From Haliotis cracherodii (taxonomy: Eukaryota), in assembly GCF_022045235.1 (NCBI RefSeq), contig NW_027266267.1, positions 31,062,001-31,126,000 on the forward strand: DNA of 64,000 bases. The letters run 5' to 3'. Of the stretch, positions 13,567 to 25,463 are shown in pieces. Positions within the stretch are counted from its first letter, which is position 1. The number at the start of each line of letters is the position of its first letter. A model generated the notes under the pieces. The model ran no database searches. It saw nothing but the letters and a program-made list of their open reading frames with translations, and was not told where the DNA came from. The position numbers were made by a program, and so were the translations under genes.

Positions 13567-14843
13567 ATATGATTCTGTTACAGGACTGGTTGTAATACAT
13601 TGTATATGATTCTGTTACAGGACTGGTTGTAATACATTGTATATGATTCTGTTACAGGACTGGTTGTAATACATTGTATATGATTCTGTTACAGGACTGG
13701 TTGTAATACATTGTATATGATTCTGTTACAGGACTGGTTGTAATACATTGTATATGATTCTGTTACAGGACTGGTTGTAATACAATGTATATGATTCTGT
13801 GTTACAGGACTGGTTGTAATACATTGTATATGATTCAGTGTTACATAACTGGTTGTAATACAATGTATATGATTCTGTGTTACAGAACTGGTTGTAATAC
13901 ATTGTATATGATTCTGTGTTACAGGACTGGTTGTAATACAATGTATATGATTCTGTGTTACAGGACTGGTTGTAATACATTGTATATGATTCTGTGTTAC
14001 AGAACTGGTTGTGATACAATGTATATGATTCTGTGTTACAGGACTGGTTGTAATACATTGTATATGATTCTGTGTTACAGAACTGGTTGTAATACAATGT
14101 ATATGATTCTGTGTTACAGGACTGGTTGTAATACATTGTATATCATTCTGTGTTACAGAACTGGTTGTAATACAATGTATATGATTCTGTGTTACAGAAC
14201 TGGTTGTAATACATTGTATATGATTCTGTGTTACAGAACTGGTTGTAATACAATGTATATGATTCTGTGTTACAGAACTGGTTGTAATACATTGTATATG
14301 ATTCTGTGTTACAGGACTGGTTGTAATACATTGTATATGATTCTGTGTTACAGAACTGGTTGTAATACATTGTATATGATTCTGTGTTACAGGACTGGTT
14401 GTAATACAATGTATATGATTCTGTGTTACAGGACTGGTTGTAATACATTGTATATGATTCTGTGTTACAGAACTGGTTGTGATACAATGTATATGATTCT
14501 GTGTTACAGGACTGGTTGTAATACATTGTATATGATTCTGTGTTACAGAACTGGTTGTAATACAATGTATATGATTCTGTGTTACAGGACTGGTTGTAAT
14601 ACATTGTATATGATTCTGTGTTACAGAACTGGTTGTAATACAATGTATATGATTCTGTGTTACAGAACTGGTTGTAATACATTGTATATGATTCTGTGTT
14701 ACAGAACTGGTTGTAATACAATGTATATGATTCTGTGTTACAGAACTGGTTGTAATACATTGTATATGATTCTATGTTACAGGACTGGTTGTAATACATT
14801 GTATATGATTCTGTGTTACAGAACTGGTTGTAATACATTGTAT
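13567..14843. repeat. Minisatellite, 39-bp unit tatgattctgtgttacag(g/a)actggttgtaataca(t/a)tgta (first copies 37 bp)
   Basis: About 33 tandem units, cut at the right end by a LINE insertion. Confidence 0.97.
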
Positions 14844-15572
14844 GTATTCGGATCTTGAACAATCATGTAATGATATTAAGAAGGACATATTTGCATCAGT
14901 GAATGGTATTCGTGAAGACCTGTCCAAGATTGAAGAAAAACAGGATCTGATGCAGTCAAAAATTGACAGTGTTGACACTCGTAATAATGCAGGTGAATTA
15001 AAGCTACAGTCGGTTCAGGACGCTACGGACACAATACACGGATTGCACGAGCTCATCATGCGACTTCAGGATGACGTCGATAGGCTCGAGACCTTTAGTA
15101 GGCGGGACAATCTCGTCATATATGGTGAAACCTACAATGTTTGTAAACAGAAAGTTGTAGATGCACTCGACTCGACTACTCCATCACAACTGTTGACAGT
15201 ATCTGACACTGCATGTGCCCATAGAATTGGTAAACCTGTTCAAGGGAAATCAAGACTCTCATCGCTAAATTTAAAGATTCAGACCAGAAGATAGCGGTAT
15301 TGAAAAAAAGATCTGAACTTGCTACAAAAAACATTGGTGTATCAAATGATCCTACCTTACATCAGCGGGAAACATTACGGGCCCTACGTGCTGATAACAA
15401 GAGAGGTTACTTCAAAGGTGGCAAACTGATGGTGGAAGATATGTCACCAACTGTGCAGACGACAGATAACAGACAATCACCACCGCCTACGGAGACCCCC
15501 AGGGATCTGGACCAAGACCGCGTACTATGCCCTAGACCCAAGTCCAACACTGCTCATGGGTTAAAGAGATAG
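14844..15572 (+). pseudogene. LINE ORF1 remnant (coiled coil followed by RRM/CTD of L1-ORF1/Transposase_22-like type), frameshifted
   Basis: Heptad-rich stretch, then LETFSRRDNLVIYG, AHRIGK and IGVSNDPTLHQR motifs typical of LINE ORF1p. Split over ORFs 14842-15294 and 15300-15572. Confidence 0.8.
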
Positions 15573-15599
15573 GGGTGTGGCCAAGGCTGTGACCGTGAG

Positions 15600-18500
15600 G
15601 CTTTACCCAACACCTGTAGATTTCTCTCCTGGAATATTGGAGGGTTAATAAGTAAACTTAAGGCTAGTGACTTTTGTAGTTTCATATACAACCATGAGGT
15701 CATCTCGATATATGAAACATGGATGTCAGAAATCAGCTTCATTAGCACTCATTTTCCCGACTATAAGATCATTTCTCTACCAGCAAATAAGTTATCTCAG
15801 TATGGTCAATATTCTGGGGGAATACTAGTTTTAGTGTTAAAGCACAATTAGCGAAGTACATTCTTGATGTTAAGGTTGGGGATAATGCAGTAACCGTGTT
15901 GTTTGACAAGGACATATCAAGATGTGACTTAAATGTCTTATGTGTTTTTAGTTACATTCAGCCAGAAGGCTCATCATGGTATGATGACAAAGATAGTCGC
16001 AAGGGTGTAGACTTACTTTTGAACTTATTACTTAGTGTGTTGGAAAAGTATCCAGATGTTTCTATTTTATTGTTCGGGGATTTAAACAGCAAGCTGGCAC
16101 AGAACAAGACTATATCGGAGATGATATCATTCACTATGTGGAAGGGGATGAACATTATACCAACCTGTTAACCAAGTTCGATATGCCACGAATATCTAGC
16201 GACCAGAAGGTGAATACGTTCGGTAGATCTTTCCTGGAAATGTGCTCACTTCTGGACATCCATATTATCAATGGAAGGGTTGGGGCAAACTCCAAGGACT
16301 TCACTTTCATAGGACATCTGGGATGCAGCGTCATAGACTATGGGTTAGCATCAACAGATATATTCCAACATATTGCAGACTTTGACATAATGTCCCACTC
16401 AGAAAGTGACCATTTACCAATCCGTGTGAGCATTCGTCATAAGGGAGATGCGTTTGAACCTGAGAATAGTCAGTTACACTATAAGTACATATGGACTGAT
16501 AAACTTCATGAGACATTCATGATGAATATATCATCGCCATGTATCACTTATATGCTAGAACGTGCAGCTTTATGTTCACTCTCAGATGCATCTACTGCAG
16601 TGACTCTACTGACAGATGCTATTCTGTCTGCCGCTTGTCTGTTCAAAAAGGAGAATAGATGTAAAAGGCATAGTGACTCCCCATGGTATGACAACGAATG
16701 TCTTACTAAAAAACACGAACGCTGTCATGCACTGAACACTTTTCGGGCTACTGAAAGCACTGAACATCTAGCCAAGTACAACAAGGTACGCAATGAGTAC
16801 AGATCTTTGTGTAGGACAAAGGGGGACCAGTATCGACAGCGTAATAGAGTAGAACTGATAAACTCAACTGGTGACTCCAAAAATGTTTTGGGACATTGTC
16901 AAACGTGTGTCTTGGTGTCAACATCATCACAATCCTATCTCCGCGGTAGAGTGGGCCGAATATTTCTCAAGATTATACGCAAATACTGATCCTCTTGACA
17001 TTGACGATAAAAGTCTGTACGTATGTGAATCTCATGAACTGACAGAACACATTCTTGACTGCCCTATAACAAGATCAGAAATCACAGACAGTATTCGTGC
17101 CTTAAAGAACAATAAATCAGCTGGAGTTGACCATATCATAAGCAAATACCTTAAACACTTATCAGATGTTATTTCTCCTTACTTGGAGATTATATTCAAT
17201 AGTATGTATGAAAATGGTGTTTTTCCCGAAAATTGGTCATGAGGAATTATCATTCCATTACATAAGAAAGATGACACAACAGTTCCAGATAACTATCGAG
17301 CTATAAGCCTTCTGAGTGTCCTTAGCAAAGTATTCACTTCAACTCTATACAAGAGATTAGTTTTGTGGACAGACACGCTTTGTGTTATTTCTAAATGCCA
17401 GTCAGGCTTTCGGAAGGGGTATTCCACTGTAGATAACTGTTATGTCCTTAATGCTCTTGTACAAGATTCCTTTCACGTAAAGGGGGTAAGTTTTACGTCG
17501 CTTTTATTGACTTCTCTAGGGCGTTTGATTCCATATACTGTAACCTTCTTTGGAGTTTGATTTATAAACGGGGATTAAGTACAAAAATGGGTAGAATGTT
17601 GCAGTCAATCTACAAGGACATTAAGGCAAGTGTAAGGTCTAACAATCGTATGTCTGAGGCATTCGATTGCCCTTTGGTTGTCAGGCAAGGCTGTGTACTT
17701 AGCCCGTTCTTGTTCCAGTTTTTTATAAATGAAATAGTTCTTGAGATGGAAGAGGAGTGTCCATTTGGTGTACAGCTCCATCCTGACATTATCCACATCC
17801 TGTTAATTCTATTTGCAGATGATTTGATACTCGATGGTGATAGTGTTTCTAACCTTCAGAAGAAACTAAGCGTCCTTGAGAATTTTTGTGACAATCTGAA
17901 AATGTCAGTTAATATGTCCAAGACCAAAGTTGTTGTATCTAAAAATGGTGGTGGTTTGTCACATTTCGATAAATGGTTTTACAAAGGGAAAAGGCTTGCG
18001 GTTATACTTACTTGGGTTTGTATTTTAATAACAGGCTTAACTGGTCTAAAACTCTTGATAAGATTGCCCTGCAGGCGAAAAGGGTATGGATAACTATCCT
18101 CCGAGGCATACATTCGCTACAACCTTTTTCACCAGATTTCTACTTCCAAATTTTCGATGCGAAGATCATGCCAGTGCTACTGTATGGTGCCGAGGTCAGG
18201 GGGTTTGAAAATGTTGACAAATTGGAAACTGTGCAGTTATATGCTAGTAAACGCTTTTTGGGATTAAAATTATCAGCATCAAACAACGCTGTATTGGGTG
18301 AGTGTGGCAGATACCCTATTCATGTATATGCTTTTACCAGATGTCTGAAATATTGGCTGAACATACTAAAGATGCCAGACTTCCGTTTACCAAGAAAGTG
18401 CTACAATATGATGTACCTGTATGATGAACATGGTCGTGTCAATTGGGTAACTAAATTAAGGAATTGTCTTTGTAAACTTGGGTTCGGAGATGAATGGGGG

Positions 18501-18999
18501 TTCCAAATGTATGGAAACCGAAAGGTTTTTCTTAATATGTTTAAACAACATTTGAAAGACAATTTTCAGCAGATCTGGCAAGGCAAACTTCTTGCAATTT
18601 TAAAAATGTCATTTTATGCTTGTTTTTAAACTTATGTTAAATGTGAACCTTATTTGTCATTCTTAAATTCGAAAAATATGAAAACAACCCTCATGAGATT
18701 CAGGCTGAGTTGTCAAACTTTGGAAATTGAGAATGGACTTCATTATAAAATTCCAATGAAATTTAAGAAAATGCAAACTTTGTAAATTAGAGTGTATTGA
18801 AACCGAGTACCACTTCCTGCTTATTTGTCAATCATATGTCAAGTTACAGCAACTATATCTCAAAGCAAAGTTCTATTGTCATCCTAACATTCATAAATTT
18901 AACATGCTTCTGTCATCATCAGATACATATATTATTACAAATCTAGCAAAATATCTATATTATGTAAATGAAGTAAGAAATGCGAAACTGAAAGCTTAA
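15600..18999 (+). pseudogene. LINE ORF2 remnant: apurinic-like endonuclease, reverse transcriptase and C-terminal zinc knuckle, with multiple frameshifts and stops
   Basis: Endonuclease motifs SWNIGG, ETW, GDLN, SVIDY, SDHLP. RT motifs KSAGVD, NYRAISLLS, QSGFRKGYSTVD, FIDFSRAFD, RQGCVLSPFLF, LFADD, YTYLG. C-terminal C..C...ETEYHFLLIC at ~18770-18830. Confidence 0.95.
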
Positions 19000-19100
19000 A
19001 ACCTGTCTGTACTCACCTTTTGTACACAAAGGCCTGTTGTGGCCTATATGTATTGGAAATAAAATGAATGAATGAATACATTGTATATGATTCTGTATAA

Positions 19101-19543
19101 TGTAGCGGCCATAATATTTCCAAGTCCCGTGATGGGATTCAAACCACGGACGTTCTGATCAGAGGTCAGATGCCTTGTCCACATGACCAAAGAGGATAAC
19201 CCCGTCAGCAAGCTGACAAGGTAAGGGTGTCATCTGTGGGATGACTCCACACCCTGCTACATACTCCCCCGTCAACAGAAGGCACGTCCCGGGCTGCATA
19301 GTAAGGTACTGAGGCTTATTTTGCTCAAATTTAATGTGAACATGCTCAGCCCAACGTTGGGCGCCAATGTAGCGGCCATAACATTTCCGAGTCCCGTGAT
19401 GGGATTTGAACCACAGACCTTCTGATCAGAGGTCGGACGCCTTGTCCACATGACCAAAGAGGTTAACCCCATCAGCAAGCTGACAAGGTAAGGATGTCAT
19501 CTGTTGATGACTCCACTCCGTGCTACATACTCCCCTGTCAAAA
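19101..19543 (-). mobile_element. TRIM (miniature non-autonomous LTR retrotransposon) with tRNA-derived sequence in the LTRs (Helenus-like)
   Basis: Direct repeats 19101-19261 and 19368-19527 (~90% identical), each tgtagc...gctaca. On the - strand, PBS tggcgcccaacgttgggc (19349-19366) is complementary to the tRNA-Lys(CTT) 3' end, and PPT gacgggggagta lies at 19262-19273. The non-coding interior is 106 bp. Each LTR holds a tRNA-Arg-like segment. Confidence 0.88.
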
Positions 19544-19745
19544 GATTCTGTGTAACATGACTGGTTGCAGTAATACATTGTATATGATTCTGTGTAACAT
19601 GACTGGTTGCAGTAATACATTGTATATGATTCTGTGTTACATGACTGGTTGCAGTAATACATTGTATATGATTGTGTTATATGACTGGTTGCAGTAATAC
19701 ATTGTCTATGATTGTGTTATATGACTGGATGCAGTAATACATTGT
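19544..19745. repeat. Continuation of the 39-bp minisatellite as a 40-42-bp variant gattctgtgtaacatgactggttgcagtaatacattgtatat
   Basis: About 5 units homologous to the 13567-14843 array, with a 3-bp insertion. Confidence 0.92.
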
Positions 19746-21299
19746 AGATATGTAGTACATTGCATATGATTGAATGGCATGTGTCTGTTTGTATTAATGT
19801 TACATTGTCAGCATTATCTGTAAAACGTCAACATGCTTCTGTTCTGACTGACATAGTAACAATCTTCCAAATATCACTTCTGTTACCTTTTAATTATGGC
19901 ACACTGTAACCAATGATGTTAATTGCTATTATACATTACTAGCTATTCTTTACAGTACTATAAGAATCTACTACAGAGGATCTTCAGGATGGGATAAATA
20001 GCCAATATGAAATAGCTACATCAGAGAATCTAGAAAACTAAAACAACAATGTCTGTGCATAATTCCATTGCTTTACATGCTAGAGACAATAGAATCACAT
20101 CCATAGGGCAAAAATGTATTTTGCAAATAACACCTCCCGCTCAAGTTTGAGCCGTGTCTCAGTGCTTTGATGCTTTTGACAGAATCCTGCTCCTCTCCCC
20201 TGCTCATGAATCTGGCAACACGTCCAACCCATGATCATACAGTAGTCACATCTAAACCAATGCACCAGCAAGTCGACCACTTTGGCAGAAATGTTTGTTT
20301 GGCCATCTCACCTCTCTTCGCAACTATGTACAAAAAAGAGAACGTACAGCCACTGTATTGCTAATATTCTGACAAGAATTCAGTTTCACTGCTTGCATTG
20401 ATTACAAATGTTAGTCATCAAAACAGAAAAAAATAAACGGACTGTGACAGCGTTCAGGCTCATCATAACTAATGCTTTATTAAGCATATTTATGGAATAT
20501 AATCAAAATGGCTGCCAAAGGCGTCTGCCTTCAACAATCACAATGGCTGCCAATGGCAGATGCTGTGAAAAGTTTCAGATGAAAAAACACATGGCTCTAG
20601 TGGTGTGCTCATTTTGTTAGGCAATGATCTTACGAAGTAATTAAACGACAGATCTTTGAAAGTTCGTCCTCACCATCCTGTTCAATATTGTGATTTAGAT
20701 AAATTGAATCTGAGATTTGCAGACTGGCCATATTTAATCGGAAATCTGTCAAATAATTTGAGAAAGGTCATGGTGACCTCGTAAAGTCTTATGGAAGTTG
20801 CACAAAGTAATAGGATTACGATCAAACAATTAGGCAAGCTCATGATTCTTTTAGGAAAGCAAAGATTTATTATAGGTGGCCCCTTGCAGTTTTAAGGAAT
20901 TGTTTAAACTGTTTATATCTGGGGTAATGCAGATTGCGTGAGAAAGATCAGAATCAAAATGGACAGAACCCCTTTAGAAAAGGAAACTCTCTGACATCCT
21001 GTGGCCTAGATAGAAATGTGATTTTCTCATAGAACTCTCATGATTCAAAGTCTATGAGACTAACTGCAGGACAAACAACCAAAATGACAGCTGTAATTAA
21101 AGTCCAAAATAAGATGAATAAATGTAAAACTATATCTGTGAAGACATTTGCCCTAAAATTAGAAAAAGGACTAGAAAACATCATTTTATTAACAAGAAGT
21201 TGTATATACCGCATTGTGTCTACTGGGTAAAAATCTATAAGAAAGTACCGAGAACTTGATTTGTATTACAGACGACAAGTTGGACTATATGACATGAAC

Positions 21300-22318
21300 A
21301 CCCTGCAGTAAACTATGCGACTACTCTGCAAGGAGTACACAATCCGACTACGTTGCATGTAGTAAACTATGGAACTACCCTGCAAGGAGTACACAATCAG
21401 ACTACGCTGCATGGAGTACACTATGGGACTACCCTGCAAGTACACAATCCGACTACGCTGCATGGAGTACACTATGGGACTACCCTGCAAGTACACAATC
21501 CGACTACGCTGCATGGAGTACACTATGGGACTACCCTGCAAGTACACAATCCGACTACGTTGCATGTAGTAAACTATGGGACTACCCTGCAAGTACACAA
21601 TCAGACTACGCTGCATGGAGTACACTATGGGACTACCCTGCAAGTACACAATCCGACTACGTTGCATGTAGTTAACTATGCGACTACTCTGCAAGGAGTA
21701 CACAATCCGACTATGTTGCATGTAGTAAACTATGGGACTACCCTGCAAGTACACAATCCGACTACGCTGCATGTAGTAAACTATGGGACTACCCTGCAAG
21801 GAGTACACAATCCGACTACGTTGCATGTAGTAAACTATGGGACTACCCTGCAAGGAGTACACAATCCGACTACGTTGCATGTATACACCATGTGATTACT
21901 CTGCAAGGAGTACACAATCCGACTACGTTGCAAGGAGTACACAATCCGACTACGCTGAAGGGAATACACTATGCGACTACTCTGCAAGGAGTACACTATC
22001 CGACTACGCTGAAGGGAATACACAATCCGACTACTCTGCAAGGAGTACACAATCCGACTACGTTGCAAGGAGTACACAATCTGACTACGCTGCATGTAGT
22101 ACATTATGCGACTACTCTGCAAGGAGTACACAATCCGACTACACTGAAGGGAATACACTATGCGACTACCCTGAAGGGAGTACACAATCCGACTACGCTG
22201 AAGGGAATACACTATGCGACTACCCTGAAAGGAGTTCACAATCCGACTACCCTGCAAAGAGTACACAATCCGACTACGCTGAAGGGAATACACTATGCGA
22301 CTACCCTGCAAGGAGTAC
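21300..22318. repeat. Compound minisatellite built from ~24-27-bp subunits (cacaatccgactacgctgcatggagta / cactatgggactaccctgcaa(gga)gta), forming 51/54-bp dimers
   Basis: Two related subunits alternate; the pattern is more mixed in the right half. Confidence 0.95.
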
Positions 22319-22814
22319 ATGATGCAAGGAGTATGCACTGGAGCATGTCCTTATGCCAACATGTCTAAAGCTCTGCATCGCTTACAGTTCACATCATTAA
22401 ATTACACTGCGTACCACATCAATCTTTTAGTCACTTTACCCATAAACAGTCTTGTATCCCTACAGCAGCAAACCTTCATTTAATTGTATGAATAAAATAG
22501 ACAGCAAATCTGAAGATCAGACTAAAATGAAGTTGTCTACCAATTTTGATTGTTCTTAGATTCCCCTACGGCTGTAATGAGACAGATTGTGGACAAATAT
22601 AATTAGAAATTTCATTATATAAATCGTATCTCATGTTACATCTCCTGTCAAGTTCATCTACTCACAGCTGGTATTTTAAGTTTGTCTCTCTGCAAATATC
22701 TTTCTTCTCTATATCAAAATGTCTCCATTTGAGGGTAAACAAATTCCTTGGTGTAATATGAAAAAAGAATGGGATATAAAACCAGTCGTTCCTTTAATAA
22801 CTTTTCCCACTATA

Positions 22815-23735
22815 TAAACTACTTGCGAAAAAACCCACTTAGGCCATATTTATTTATGGAAGAGCTATCCTGAGTATCTGTACAATTATTATGTTCTTGC
22901 TTTACGTTACCTTGAGTCATTTCCGAGTTGGAATCCATTGCCTACACTGTTTACCAATCGCCAGTGACAGTGCTTTAGTGACAGTTAAACCACATAAATT
23001 CACATGTGAAGTGATGCCTAGACTTATAGAGGAGCCGCAAAATAATGCAATTTGGCATTTGGAGACATTGGCGAGTGGCAATCACTCGATGCATAAATGT
23101 GTTTCAGATCACTACAGGGACAGATTTCTCCAAGATAGAACAACACATGACCAGCCTCGTTCTGGATGGAAGATCACAAGTTTTCTGACGCCATCATCAA
23201 CGGTATGCTCCCTACTGTGTGCAGGAAGTGGACAGATTTAGTGGTTAGAGTGTTATGGTATAGGAAGGCATCTTGTACAGTGGGAGGTGGATCTCATCCA
23301 GGTGCAAGACAATCTCACAGCGTGATGTTACTGTGAACAAATCATCAGACCTTATGTCATTCAATTTATAAACTGTCCAAACGTTATTTTATACCAGCAT
23401 GACAATCCTCAACCCCATAGATGAACGACAGGTTTCCTGGTCCAGAACAACATTCAGGTTCTTTCTTGGTCAACAATTTCACCAGATCTCAACCCAACTG
23501 AACACTTTGGGGACAAACTGGATCGACTAGTGCGATGACACCATCCCCATCTGCAGACCTTACCAGCTTTATGTGATGAGTATCAGAACTTTCCAAGACC
23601 TGTAATCTTGAATCTTCCCTTTGTGATCTTAACATGTGTGATACTGCTTTGTTCCTAATTGTCATGTTACTCCTATGTTCACACTTTTAAATATAGGAAA
23701 AAAATCACTTATTTGTTTTCTTTTTTAGAGTAGTA
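22815..23735 (+). mobile_element. Decayed Tc1/mariner (Tc1-type DDE) DNA transposon with internal deletion
   Basis: Remnant translation: MPRLIEE..NNAI..L (23014), TTHDQPRSG, SVMV*EGI, QDNLTA*CYCEQIIRPYV, YQHDNPQPHR, WSTISPDLNPTEHFGDKLDRLVR. Second D to E spacing is 32 residues here, against the canonical 34. Weak terminal remnants ctacttgcgaaaaaa / ttttttagagtagtata. Confidence 0.85.
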
Positions 23736-24020
23736 TATGTTTACACTTTGGCCATTACCAGGGATTAACCCAAGTATCTCGAATGACATATTCCCACCTG
23801 CTTATCCTACCTGCTCAATTATAGCCCTACTGTTTTATGACAACACCAGGATTTGTCTCGTGCAGCTGAGGCAGGCAAGCATGGAGCTGGTGGTATACAT
23901 GGCATAACACCAAACACCAGGGGGAAGACAACCTATGTACATTGCATCTTTAACAGGATTTGGATATTGTACATGGAACAGGGCTTTAATTAATTGTTTC
24001 CTTTTAACATGCAGTAACTC

Positions 24021-25461
24021 TGGTTGGGGCTCCACATTATGTAGGAACATCAGAGATATCGGGGACACCAGTGTGTTAGTCAGTATCCCTGGTTGGGGCT
24101 CCACATAATGTAGGAACATCAGAGATATCGGGGACACCAGTGTGTTAGTCAGTATCCCTGGTTGGGGCTCCACATTATGTACAAACATCAGAGATATCGG
24201 CGACACCAGTGTGTTAGTCGGTATCCCTGGTTGGGGCTCCACATTATGTAGGAACATCAGAGATATCGGGGACACCAGTGTGTTAGTCAGTATCCCTGGT
24301 TGGGGCTCCACATTATGTAGGAACATCAGAGATATCGGGGACACCAGTGTGTTAGTCAGTATCCCTGGTTGGGGCTCCACATTATGTACGAACATCAGAG
24401 ATATCGGGGACACCAGTCTGTTAGTCAGTATCCCTGGTTGGGGCTCCACATTATGTAGGAACATCAGAGATATCGGGGACACCAGTGTGTTAGTCAGTAT
24501 CCCTGGTTGGGGCTCCACATTATGTACGAACATCAGAGATATCGGGGACACCAGTGTGTTAGTCAGTATCCCTGGTTGGGGCTCCACATTATGTAGGAAC
24601 ATCAGAGATATCGGGGACACCAGTGTGTTAGTCAGTATGCCTGGTTGGGGCTCCACATTATGTAGGAACATCAGAGATATCGGGGACACCAGTGTGTTAG
24701 TCAGTATCCCTGGTTGGGGCTCCACATTATGTACGAACATCAGAGATATCGGGGACACCAGTGTGTTAGTCAGTATGCCTGGTTGGGGCTCCACATTATG
24801 TACGAACATCAGAGATATCGGGGACACCAGTGTGTAAGTCAGTATCCCTGGTTGGGGCTCCACATTATGTAGGAACATCAGAGATATCGGGGACACCAGT
24901 CTGTTAGTCAGTATCCCTGGTTGGGGCTCCACATTATGTACGAACATCAGAGATATCGGGAACACCAGTGTGTTAGTCAGTATGCCTGGTTGGGGCTCCA
25001 CATTATGTAGGAACATCAGAGATATCGGGGACACCAGTGTGTTAGTCAGTATCCCTGGTTGGGGCTCCACATTATGTACGAACATCAGAGATATCGGGGA
25101 CACCAGTGTGTTAGTCAGTATCCCTGGTTGGGGCTCCACATTATGTAGGAACATCAGAGATATCGGGGACACCAGTGTGTTAGTCAGTATCCCTGGTTGG
25201 GGCTCCACATTATGTAGGAACATCAGAGATATCGGGGACACCAGTGTGTTAGTCAGTATCCCTGGTTGGGGCTCCACATTATGTAGGAACATCAGAGATA
25301 TCGGGGACACCAGTGTGTTAGTCAGTATGCCTGGTTGGGGCTCCACATTATGTACGAACATCAGAGATATCGGGGACACCAGTGTGTTAGTCAGTATCCC
25401 TGGTTGGGGCTCCACATTATGTACGAACATCAGAGATATCGGGGACACCAGTGCGTTAGTT
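24021..25461. repeat. Minisatellite, 69-bp unit tggttggggctccacattatgta(g/c)gaacatcagagatatcggggacaccagtgtgttagtcagtatccc
   Basis: About 21 highly homogeneous tandem units with no visible indels. Confidence 0.98.
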
Positions 25462-25463
25462 GG

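Larger units (their letters stand above)
14844..19074 (+). mobile_element. Non-LTR retrotransposon (LINE, APE+RT type; possibly RTE-X-like), 5'-truncated and degenerate
   Basis: ORF1 and ORF2 remnants are collinear. The 3' end has the hairpin aggcc-tgttgt-ggcct, AATAAA at 19058 and an (aatg)n tail. TSD aatacattgtat at 14832-14843 and 19075-19086. The clade call is tentative, based on the ECGRYP / RFRLS..LEIE / CCHC C-terminus. Confidence 0.95.

Noticed and set aside
13726-14862. Cys/Tyr-rich repeat ORFs apparently fused to LINE ORF1
   Set aside because: They are minisatellite translation. The ATG at 14842 is created by the target-site/LINE junction.
19390-19464. Functional tRNA-Arg genes in the two direct repeats
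   Set aside because: The acceptor stem does not pair well, the anticodon loop has C in place of the invariant U33, and the segments sit inside LTRs. They were treated as tRNA-derived, not as tRNA genes.
20400-20900. YY1-like (aatggctgcc twice) and TAAT-rich motifs as an enhancer
   Set aside because: Short motifs alone are not evidence. Conservation or chromatin data would be needed.
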